Source: a bacterium (lineage in GTDB: Bacteria > Electryoneota > Electryoneia > Electryoneales > Electryoneaceae). From it: DNA of 64,000 nt. The notes beneath the pieces were generated by a model. It was not told where the DNA came from. It worked only from the letters and a program-made list of their open reading frames with translations, and did no database searches. Position numbers and translations under genes: made by a program. The DNA lies in assembly GCA_019912845.1 (NCBI GenBank), contig JAIOHU010000228.1, positions 1,509 through 65,508 of the forward strand. The letters are read 5' to 3'. This document shows, piece by piece, positions 38,440-47,530 of the stretch. Positions within the stretch are counted from its first letter, which is position 1. Each line of letters starts with the position of its first letter.

Positions 38440-41400
38440 CTACTTCGCAAACCTCGCACGTTGCGGTTCTGGTTTTGGACGTTTATCCCACTCTTTCGCC
38501 GCTTTTTTCATGAGGTCAACCGCTTTCATGAGCTGCGGATCACGGTCGTTCATGCGGTCACCTGGAGTAAGTTCTACCGGGAAATCTGGCACAGCGCCAC
38601 CATGCTCCATGTTGAGATTACGTCTCTTCTCATCGAGGGAGAGTGGGTCTTTCGCCCAGACATACCAACCTCGTCCCGGGAGACGGATATGTCCGCCATC
38701 CATGGTTGTCCAGCCACCGGTTGAGATAACATTACCGCCAGTTTCTATTCCGATAACCGGACCACGTTTGATTGATTTTACCGCGTGACTGAAAATTTCA
38801 GCGTTGGAATAAGAAAATTCGTTGCAAATTACGGCGATTGGTTTTTCCCAGCGGTAGAGCGGATAACGTGGCTGTGGATAACCAACTTCACCACCTCGTC
38901 CGACAGTATAAGCATGCACTGGTTGAGTTAAGATCGTAAGCAGCATATCGGTAGTCCAGCCACCGCCATTATTGCGAACGTCAATGATCAACGCACTTTT
39001 GTCATCGGCAGCAGCATAGAGGTTCAACTCAAAACGTTCTACCTCAGCCATTCCCATTCCCTGGATATGAACATAACCGACTTTGTTCTTTGATTCAGAT
39101 TCTACAATGCGACGATTCTGCTTTTCCATCTCCTCGTACGCCAATTGACGCATCTCAATCCAGTTTATCGGGGTGAGTAGGAATTCGTGTTCCTTTTTAC
39201 CCTTTTTAACGGTTACGAGGGTTGGTACACCATCTCGCTGCTCCAGAGGTGCAAAATAGTTCTGCGTTCTGGAGACTGGGGTGCCTTCGATGGAAAGGAT
39301 GATATCTCCAGCTTCAATGAGAGTTTCTTTTTTATCAGCTGGTCCATGAGGGAGAACATAAGTGACTTTCAGTCCTTCGCCATTATAGTTGCGATCAAAA
39401 TTCAGCCCGAGGAAACCACCCATTCTCGCCCAACTCTTCCCATCGGGATAGTAGCCCATGTGACTGGCGTTCAAGCGACGGATCATGATGTTCATCATAT
39501 CAGCGAAATCATTATCATGCGATACATTTTTGACCATTTTGGCGACTTTGTTTCGCATTTTTGGCCAGTCGATTCCATGCATTTGGGGATCATAAAAGTA
39601 GGTACCCAGGGTGTTGTAACCTTCATCGAGAATCTGGAGACGTTCCTGCGGTTTGTCGATGGTGATGCGTGCATTAAAGCTGACAGTTTCAACACTGCCA
39701 CCATCCGCACTGACATAAGCGGGTGTACCACGTTTGACAAAGTAAATGGTCTTCCCATCTTTAGAGAATTCAATATCAGAAGGCTTCGTGTCACCGGAAG
39801 TAACACCCTTTTGGTCACTACCAAAACGGTCTACACTGTAAATGTCGCGTTTATCATCTACTGTTCCCAGGAAATAGATACGGTCACCCTTAGGATGGAT
39901 ACCGACTACATGTTCATCAGTTGGCAAACTGGTTACTCGATGTGCTCTCAGGTAGATATCCTCAAAGTCAATTTCGACGACAAGCTCTTCTTCCTTCTCT
40001 TCATCATCATCATTTTTCTTTTCGTCATCATCCTTATCAGATTCTTTTTTCTTGTCGCGGAACTTCTCCCACGCCTGCCATTCTTCTTTAGTACGTTCGT
40101 CATCAGAACGTTTCAGGTAGGTGAAATAGACATCGAACTGATTGCTGGAACGTCTCGAGTTCCAGGCGATCATGCTGCCTTCTGCAGCCCAGACGGGGCC
40201 GTAATCATCGTCGGGATGCTGGGAGATATTGACAGATTTTCCACCCTTGGAGGGCATTATCCAGACATCCATATTGTAGTTGCGGTCTTCGCGTGAATAG
40301 GCGATCCATTTACCATCGGGTGACCAACTGAAGTTGGGAACCGACCAACCTTCGAGAACTCTATTGTCACCGCCACCATCCGCATCCATTACATGTAAAT
40401 CCGCTTGACCACGGATATAGGCAATTTTATCACCTTTCGGCGACCATTGCGGGGCAGAACAGTTGATATCATCCGGGGTGAGATAGATAATTTTATGATG
40501 ACGTGCTTCACGGATATTGGTCACATCTTCCTGGTCGGAAAGCAGCAGTGCGATTCGGCTGATATGTTTGCCTTTTTTGTTGACACGGTCAGTGACAAAG
40601 AGAAGCGTGTCGGTAGAGCCTGGTTTATAAGCGATTTCATGGTCACGTGAGGGTGCTGGTACTGCAATAGTCGCACGTCCGCCAAGCTCTTTGTTGACCA
40701 GAACCAGTTCACCGTGGACAACCATAGCGATCTCTTCTTCATTGCCGGAAACCGAAATTTCATCAGCATCGGAGCTGAAGTTTTTAACCTGCACAGGATT
40801 TTCGAGCTGATCTGCGGCTACTTGAATATCGACACGTTGTTTCGGGGAGCTGTCATTGGGATTTTTGATGTAAAGGGAGGTATCGGCTTCCATGACAATC
40901 AGATTACCACTATCGCTGATACGAGCGGTACGGATTCCCTCTTCCATGAAATTGGTGATGCGGGTTTTACCGCTGCCATCACTGTTGGCTTTCCAGATGT
41001 TGAAGGCATCGGTTTCGCTTCCCTCACCACGCCAGAAAACTGTGCTCCCATCAGCAGACCACATGGGATCTGTATCATATCCGAGGGTTTGAATCACCTT
41101 AACCGGCTCTTCCCCGGGGTTGTATTTCCAGATTTCGGATTGCAGTGATCCACGATATCCTACTCTACCAAATCGTGCGTCGCCTGCAGCGAAGAGATAA
41201 CTTTTTCCATTCGGATTGACCACTACTTCTTCTGCGAAAAAGTCGAATAGGCGAAATGGAGTTCCACCGGATACTGGTATCTTGTAAATCTGATCGCTTA
41301 TTGGATAATCAAATAGACCGCGAGCAGTGAAAAGAATACTCTTACCATCTTTTGTCCAGTCCTGGGGGATGTCATGGGTTGCAGAATAAGTTAATCTTTT

Positions 41401-41712
41401 TGGAGTCCCACCTTTTACCGGGATAACAAAGATATCATTCTGCTCATAACGGTCTGATGCGAAGGCGATCATGCTGCCATCCGGGGAAAAGATAGGATCA
41501 CGTTCATAAGCCGGGTGAGCAGTCAGACGTGTCGCCCAGCCTCCATCAGAAGAGACTGTCCAGATATCACCCTGAAATGAGAATGCCAGAGTTTTTCCAT
41601 CCGGGGAAACATCCGGGTAACGCGGAAAGAATACATTGTCCGCCTGTGAAATTGATGCGGCGGTTAGCAATAAGCAGGTTAGAAGTAATACCATCCATTT
41701 TTTAGCAAACAT
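38440..41712 (-). CDS. tricorn protease homologue (S41-family peptidase with N-terminal beta-propeller and PDZ domain)
   Basis: 1090 aa. Signal peptide. TolB-like repeats PDVSPDGKTLAFSFQGDIWTV…DPIFSPDGSMIAFASDR. C-terminal S41 catalytic region (GPVIGIETGGNV…). Acidic insert DKKKESDKDDDEKKNDDDEEKEEE. Confidence 0.85.
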   Translation of the reverse strand: MFAKKWMVLLLTCLLLTAASISQADNVFFPRYPDVSPDGKTLAFSFQGDIWTVSSDGGWATRLTAHPAYERDPIFSPDGSMIAFASDRYEQNDIFVIPVKGGTPKRLTYSATHDIPQDWTKDGKSILFTARGLFDYPISDQIYKIPVSGGTPFRLFDFFAEEVVVNPNGKSYLFAAGDARFGRVGYRGSLQSEIWKYNPGEEPVKVIQTLGYDTDPMWSADGSTVFWRGEGSETDAFNIWKANSDGSGKTRITNFMEEGIRTARISDSGNLIVMEADTSLYIKNPNDSSPKQRVDIQVAADQLENPVQVKNFSSDADEISVSGNEEEIAMVVHGELVLVNKELGGRATIAVPAPSRDHEIAYKPGSTDTLLFVTDRVNKKGKHISRIALLLSDQEDVTNIREARHHKIIYLTPDDINCSAPQWSPKGDKIAYIRGQADLHVMDADGGGDNRVLEGWSVPNFSWSPDGKWIAYSREDRNYNMDVWIMPSKGGKSVNISQHPDDDYGPVWAAEGSMIAWNSRRSSNQFDVYFTYLKRSDDERTKEEWQAWEKFRDKKKESDKDDDEKKNDDDEEKEEELVVEIDFEDIYLRAHRVTSLPTDEHVVGIHPKGDRIYFLGTVDDKRDIYSVDRFGSDQKGVTSGDTKPSDIEFSKDGKTIYFVKRGTPAYVSADGGSVETVSFNARITIDKPQERLQILDEGYNTLGTYFYDPQMHGIDWPKMRNKVAKMVKNVSHDNDFADMMNIMIRRLNASHMGYYPDGKSWARMGGFLGLNFDRNYNGEGLKVTYVLPHGPADKKETLIEAGDIILSIEGTPVSRTQNYFAPLEQRDGVPTLVTVKKGKKEHEFLLTPINWIEMRQLAYEEMEKQNRRIVESESKNKVGYVHIQGMGMAEVERFELNLYAAADDKSALIIDVRNNGGGWTTDMLLTILTQPVHAYTVGRGGEVGYPQPRYPLYRWEKPIAVICNEFSYSNAEIFSHAVKSIKRGPVIGIETGGNVISTGGWTTMDGGHIRLPGRGWYVWAKDPLSLDEKRRNLNMEHGGAVPDFPVELTPGDRMNDRDPQLMKAVDLMKKAAKEWDKRPKPEPQRARFAK

Positions 41713-41984
41713 GATACTCCCTGGGCTGTTTCTGTTGTATTTAGAGTTAACTCAATTCAATTTTTACTTTTAGAAGATTAGAAAAGATAGGTGTGGGATA
41801 GAATCGAAGCAAACTGTGGAGAATCAAGACAGCAATTTCTGAGGAGTTTCACGCTGACAGAGATTGTGCTCTCATTAATTGGCAACAATCAGTTTGACCG
41901 GATTTGAGTTAAAAAATAGTATGTACATTATCATACTGGGGAGATTTGACCAAACCTATTTTAATCATCTACAATTCGAATACT

Positions 41985-43022
41985 ATGAACACTTCACTCC
42001 AATCATTGTTAGTTCACACGATTCTTTGTTTAATGTTACTGTCAGGATGCGATGACACTAACGTCACCCCTGTAGCAGGCGATTCGACCAGTGCAACTAC
42101 ATTGGACTATCTTCAGCCACATGAACCTGGCTGGCGATGGATGTACTCCGGCTTCAATGACGAGTTGATTTCTGAGGTGTTGATGCTGCGTACCATAGCC
42201 CTGGAGCAGGTTGTAGATGGAAAAAAGCAGTTTATAGCAGCTACTGAGTACTATGATACCAGTGGAATGAAGTTAATTGATCAAGTTGAATTCCATTTAC
42301 TTGATATTACTGAGAATCGTGTCATGATTTCGGAGCTACCTCGTCGAGCGGTTGTTGGATTACGATGGTACCCTGAGATCGCTGCAGATGACTTTATCAA
42401 TGCAGAAAATGGTGACACACTGGCACTGATTGAGTCCAGCGACCACGAGGCACTCAGCAGTTTTATCCTTGTGTCGCGCGACTCAACTGTTATAGTACCG
42501 GCAGGAGTATTCGAGGGATGTGTATGTATTGATAGACGTGGCGGAGCACTGACTGGCGATAAATACAGAGGTGGACCAGCTCGTTTTGTCTTGAAGGCAG
42601 GGGTCGGGTTGTTGAGTCTAACCTATTATCGAAGAGGTCCTGGAGATCATTTCGAGCCGATTGAGATCTTCAATCTTATCAGCTATGAGCCACCATCTGC
42701 TGATAATTCAGCTCCTCTAAATCCCTATATCGATTTGTCAAGTAATCCTCTCCAATGGGATTGTCAAGAACCAGATGGGGATGATCTTTACGCACTTTTC
42801 TTGAGCTCACCACTTCAAGGACAAACACCAACGCTGCATTATCTGCTCAATGATGCCAACTCTTCGGTGGAACTTTCCATTGTGTGGGTCGAGCTACCAC
42901 ATGAAATGGAAGAATATGAACATCGTCCTATCAAAGGTATCTTTGGTGATGAAAGATACTGGAGTGCGATATTCATGGATTTACATGGAAATTACAGCTT
43001 GTCTGAAGTTTTTCAATATTAA
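41985..43022 (+). CDS. hypothetical lipoprotein
   Basis: Lipobox LLSGC at N-terminus (MNTSLQSLLVHTILCLMLLSGCDD). ORF track opens at 41946. No recognisable family. Confidence 0.5.
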   Translation: MNTSLQSLLVHTILCLMLLSGCDDTNVTPVAGDSTSATTLDYLQPHEPGWRWMYSGFNDELISEVLMLRTIALEQVVDGKKQFIAATEYYDTSGMKLIDQVEFHLLDITENRVMISELPRRAVVGLRWYPEIAADDFINAENGDTLALIESSDHEALSSFILVSRDSTVIVPAGVFEGCVCIDRRGGALTGDKYRGGPARFVLKAGVGLLSLTYYRRGPGDHFEPIEIFNLISYEPPSADNSAPLNPYIDLSSNPLQWDCQEPDGDDLYALFLSSPLQGQTPTLHYLLNDANSSVELSIVWVELPHEMEEYEHRPIKGIFGDERYWSAIFMDLHGNYSLSEVFQY

Positions 43023-43124
43023 CCACTTGGAACAGGAAAAACACCCCCGGGAGACATTTGATAAATGCCATAACCCGGGGGTGGGGACTGAATCATGGAG
43101 AAGGAATTATTTCAGTAAATTTGT

Positions 43125-45437
43125 TTAAGCGGATTCGTTCGCAGTATCTCCAGTTGTGGTCTGGGTGTAAAGTTTCGAGACATCACTTTCACCTTTTTCA
43201 ATTGACCAGCCAGTTTTCAAACCGACAACAAACCATGCCAAACCTACGACACCGACCGCAAAGATCGTATCACCGATCACACGCAGCCAACGTAAGGTGT
43301 CCATCAGGGGTGTGCTCATGAATTCAGCAGAACGTGCATACCAGAAACCGACCTCGACACTGGCAACTGTCTGCAGCAAACCACGGGGCAGCACACTGAT
43401 CAGTACCATTGCAGCCAGACCGATATTTATGGCCCAGAATGACCAGGAGAGAACACCGGTTTTCCAGCGTTTCTCAACCATCAATCCCTTCAGGCTGAAC
43501 AGCATCAGACCAAACCCTAGCATGCCATAAACTCCGAACAATGCAGTGTGACCGTGCACGGGCGTGGTGTTCAATCCCTGCATGTAATAGAGGGCGATGG
43601 GTGGGTTGATGAAGAATCCGAACAAACCGGCACCAACAAGATTCCAGAATGCAACTGCGACAAAGAAATAGATCGGCCATTTATATACACTCACCCAGGG
43701 TTTCGCTCTCGTGAGGGTGAGATTTTTATACGCCTCAAATCCAATCAATACCAAAGGGACAACTTCAAGCGCACTGAAGGATGCACCCAATGCGAGTACT
43801 GCTGTGGGTGTACCGGAGAAATAGAGATGGTGGAAAGTGCCGATAATCCCGCCAAAGAGGAAGATAATTGTAGACATCATCACTGCCAGGGTTGCGACAT
43901 TTTCTTTCAGCAGTCCCATACGAGTAAAGAGGAAAGCGATGACAACTGTAGCGAACACCTCAAAGAATCCTTCCACCCAGAGATGTACCACCCATCAGCG
44001 CCAGTATTCTGCCATGGCAAGATGAGTCTCTTTTCCAATCATCAGAGCGGCACCATAGAATACTGCAATCGCTGCGGATGAGATGAAGAAAAGAATCAGC
44101 AGGTGACGGTTAGCAGTGGGTCGTTTGAAAGCAGGCCACATGCCACGATGCATCAAAAATAGCCAGATAAACAAACCGAGGAAGAGAAATGCCTGCCAGA
44201 AACGTCCCAGATCGACATATTCATAGCCAAAGTGACCAAACCAGAAATTTGTATCAAGGCTCAGTTTCTGCATGATCCCCAACCATTGCCCATACATCGA
44301 GCCACCGACAATAATTACCAGTGCGAAGAAGAGGAAGTTTACCCCAAAGCGTTGATATTTAGGTTCCTGCCCTGATACAGCCGGAGCGATAAACAAACCT
44401 GTCGCCAACCAGGCAGTTGCGATCCAGAAAATTCCTAGTTGGATATGCCAGGTACGTGTGACTGAATAAGGAAGAAAATCAGCCAGCGGGATGCCGTAAA
44501 ATCCATGACCTTCCACGCCATAGTGAGCGGTGACTGCACCCATCAAAACCTGCACAACACTCAGTGCCATAACAATAAAGAAATATTTATAGGTTGCTTT
44601 CATGGAAGGAGTTGGGTTCAATCCGAGGAGTGGATCTCGCTCGGGTGGTTGTGCTAATTCTTCCTCACCTTTGCGTTCCTGAATTGCGTAATACCAGGAC
44701 AGTCCACCAATACCAGCGAGCAGCAATACAAAGCTCACAACAGACCAGATGATATTCGCGCCTGTGGGTTTGTTGTTCACCAATGGTTCTGCCGGCCAGT
44801 TGTTCGTGTAGGTAATATCTGCACCGGGGCGATTTGTTGTACAAGCCCATGATGCCCAGAAAAAGAAGGCGTTGACAGCTTCTTTATTTTCATCAGTGGT
44901 GAGGGCATTTTCACGTAATGCATACGCATCACGTAGCTCGTGGAGAGATGAATCATCACCAAACAGCTTACTGTAGTGCCTGCCAACTGCATTAATTGCG
45001 ATACCTCGTGCAGGTGAGATGACCAGGTCACCAGACGGTTTATCGTAGGTGTTGGTACGCATCTCCCGGATTAGACGATCTTTCAGAGCCGCTTGACGTT
45101 CAGCTCTCAATTCATCAAAATCGAGATCAAACTCTTCCCCTGCCCAATACTCCAAAAGAAACTCTGCTTCTTTATGCAACCATTCGGCTGACCAATCAGG
45201 GGCAACATAGGAGCCATGTCCCCAGATTGAACCAAGCTCATGACCACCCATTGACTGCCAAACCTTTTGTCCCCTTACGATTTGATCGCCAGTATATATA
45301 ACTTTTCCTTCTGTGGTTACTACACGATCAGGATATGGCGGTGCAACTCGATAAATTTCAAAACCATAGTAGCCTAGAACCGCGAAGGAAAAGACCAGTA
45401 CAACGGTCAAACCAACCCACAATCTGGTATAACGCAT
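43125..45437 (-). pseudogene. norB: quinol-dependent nitric oxide reductase (qNOR / NorZ-type NorB), reading frame interrupted by one in-frame TGA
   Basis: N-fragment 43995..45437 (N-terminal periplasmic/cyt-c-like domain plus TM 1-8) and C-fragment 43125..43991 are in the same frame, separated only by the TGA at 43995-43997: …AMAEYWR-TGA-WVVHLWVEGFFEVFAT… The stop replaces a Trp of the conserved W-W-V-V-H-L-W-V-E-G heme/copper-ligand helix. His ligands HHLYF present downstream. Confidence 0.7.
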
Positions 45438-45574
45438 CTTCAATACCTTTATTTTTTTGTTTATTTCTCCAACAATGATGACAAATTGGAATTTCGGTCG
45501 ATTGAGTATGGTGATTCTCGAAACAGTCTGTCCGAGAATGAATCATTTCAGATAATCCTGGAAAAATGTTTACA

Positions 45575-46070
45575 GATTGTAATTTTAACACCAATAATAG
45601 CAATACCTTCCTGGATGCCAGCTAACACACTGCTGGCATGACGCGTGGTGAAACTGTGTCTAGATCAGTGTTACACCAATAATATCAATACCTTCCTGGA
45701 TGCCAGCTAACAGACTGCTGGCATGACGCGGAGTACAACTGTGTCTAGATCAGTGTTACACCAATAATAGCAATACCTTCCTGGATGCCAGCTAACAGAC
45801 CGCTGGCATGACGCGGAGTACAACTGTGTCTAGATCAGTGTTACACCAATAATATCAATACCTTCCTGGATGCCAGCTAACACACTGCTGGCATGACGCG
45901 GAGTGAAACTATGTCTAGAGCAGTGTTACACCAATAATAGCAATACCTTCCTGGATGCCAGCTAACACACTGCTGGCATGACGTGGAGTACAACTGTGTC
46001 TAGATCAGTGTAACATCTATAATAGCAATACCTTCCTGGATGCCAGCTAACAGACTGCTGGCATGACGCG
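45575..46070. repeat. tandem array: 6 copies (last truncated) of an 85-bp unit = R1 element + 40-bp tail
   Basis: Unit starts at 45601, 45686, 45771, 45856, 45941, 46026 (exact 85-bp period). Units differ by only 2-5 substitutions. Lies between hemerythrin gene end (46162) and qNOR start (45437). Confidence 0.9.
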
Positions 46071-46161
46071 ACTCTGGATGCCGGCTCAACGCATCACCGG
46101 AATGAAGCGTCCGGATAATGCGTTCCAGGACTGCACTGGATTCCAGATAGCCTAATGTGAG

Positions 46162-46710
46162 TCAGCAGTATTTTGCAATCAAATCATCAGCTATTTTTTC
46201 AAGCTGGGAAAGTTCACCTGAATTTTGAAACCCTTCTTGAATTTCCTCAAAGCTCGTTTCCAACTCCTGAAATTCTTGTGGACTGACCCGATTAACTGCC
46301 ATTGGATATAAAATCTGATCCTCTTTATGTATGTGTGCCCTTAACAGATATGAGAAGCCTCGAGCATTCTTGGAAACCGCTGATTTTACCCGTTCATCAA
46401 GTTCATCCAATTGCCCTGCTTTTTCCAATTCGTTCACGAACTGACGACCGGTGTCATGATCAGCGAGCATAACTGAGATAGGACCCTGTGATTTTGAAAA
46501 GCCAGCCTCCTCCATGGAGGTAAACAAGCCATCTTCTTCTTTCATGTGATGGAGCTTGTCGGCGTAGTTCTTAAAAAATTCACCAAATAACTGCAAATCA
46601 CGATGATTGGTATCCTGACCAGATTCCAGTACGTTGACAAATCCTTCCAGTGCATCGAGCACCTGCTCAATCCTGCGATGTTCATCCATTAAACGTGCTA
46701 TGGGGTACAT
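46162..46710 (-). CDS. hemerythrin-like (HHE cation-binding) domain protein
   Basis: H…HxxxE…H…HxxxE spacing (MDEHRRIE…HHMKEED…HIHKEDQ). Confidence 0.75.
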   Translation of the reverse strand: MYPIARLMDEHRRIEQVLDALEGFVNVLESGQDTNHRDLQLFGEFFKNYADKLHHMKEEDGLFTSMEEAGFSKSQGPISVMLADHDTGRQFVNELEKAGQLDELDERVKSAVSKNARGFSYLLRAHIHKEDQILYPMAVNRVSPQEFQELETSFEEIQEGFQNSGELSQLEKIADDLIAKYC

Positions 46711-46739
46711 ATTGTTCTCCTGTCAGACTTCGTGTATTA

Positions 46740-47411
46740 CTATGCCAGTGCTCTTGGGAATAAGACATTGTTTTCGAGATGGATATGCATGCGCATCTCT
46801 TCATCCAACTGCTTCAAATTTGCGTAATAGGCTTCCCAGGTTGGGCAAGCGTCGGATGGTGTTGTAAAACGGTCGCTGAGTTCTTTGATTCGTTCGAGAA
46901 ACACCGCAGCGGCTTCATGTTCCTTCTGTAGAACTCGTACTGTCTGTCCGGAAGAACGGGCGTTGCCGTCAATAATCCATGGGAAGAGCACGGTTTCCTC
47001 TTTTTCCATGTGCTCAATCAGATCTTCTGATAGACGAGAAATCGTGCTTTTCAGGTTTGTCAATTCTTCAGGGTGACGTTCGCCATGAGCGTTCAGCACT
47101 TTTTCAGCGAGAAAATTGATATGAGGTAACTCTTTACGCAGGCGATTGTGGTAACGATTAATAATGTGTTCAACTATTGACTCCAGTGGTTCTTCATTCC
47201 AATTCTTGCCTTCACCATCACCACCAAACTGTGCGTCTTCAATCTCATGCATAATCGCGTCAGGTGAGATCTTCTGCTGAAGACAAGCATCCTGAAGCGA
47301 ACGATTACCCCCACAGCAGAAATCAATATCATGCTCAAGGAATACTCGTGATGCTGAAGGAATTTGTGCTGCAATACTTCCTAATGAGGTCTCAATGTTA
47401 AGGTGTTCCAT
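46740..47411 (-). CDS. ytfE: iron-sulfur cluster repair di-iron protein (RIC; YtfE/ScdA family)
   Basis: N-terminal ScdA_N motif DIDFCCGG followed by two hemerythrin-like H/E motifs. 223 aa. Confidence 0.8.
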   Translation of the reverse strand: MEHLNIETSLGSIAAQIPSASRVFLEHDIDFCCGGNRSLQDACLQQKISPDAIMHEIEDAQFGGDGEGKNWNEEPLESIVEHIINRYHNRLRKELPHINFLAEKVLNAHGERHPEELTNLKSTISRLSEDLIEHMEKEETVLFPWIIDGNARSSGQTVRVLQKEHEAAAVFLERIKELSDRFTTPSDACPTWEAYYANLKQLDEEMRMHIHLENNVLFPRALA

Positions 47412-47451
47412 GTTTCACTGCTCCTTTTATATGTCCGTTTTGCTTACAATT

Positions 47452-47467
47452 AGCAAGAGAGGTGCCA
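47452..47467 (-). promoter_or_regulatory. sigma-54 (-24/-12) promoter for ytfE-hemerythrin(-norB) transcription
   Basis: Minus strand reads TGGCAC-ctctc-TTGCT, a perfect GG-N10-GC. It lies 35 nt upstream of AAGGAG-N7-ATG of ytfE. Confidence 0.65.
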
Positions 47468-47530
47468 GAATCATAAACTCTTGACTTTATTGGTTTATTC
47501 AGGTTACTGTTGTTAATACGACAACAACAA

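Noticed and set aside
43995-43997. TGA inside qNOR as selenocysteine or alternative genetic code (UGA=Trp/Gly)
   Set aside because: TGA functions as an ordinary stop for other genes in the window (e.g. prs at 838-840). The position corresponds to a conserved Trp rather than a catalytic Cys/Sec. No SECIS-like hairpin follows. Nonsense mutation or sequencing error is more parsimonious.
45438-45575. Sigma-54 promoter directly upstream of norB
   Set aside because: No GG-N10-GC element was found by eye in the 135 bp between the tandem array and the norB ATG. Transcription more likely originates from the ytfE sigma-54 promoter or an unrecognised promoter.
45575-46070. Possible CRISPR array (regular 85-bp periodicity with hairpin-containing repeat)
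   Set aside because: The would-be spacers are essentially identical between units, with only 2-5 scattered substitutions per 85 bp. No cas genes are present. The repeat is a dispersed R1 element found at seven other loci. Interpreted as a tandemly amplified MITE/REP unit.
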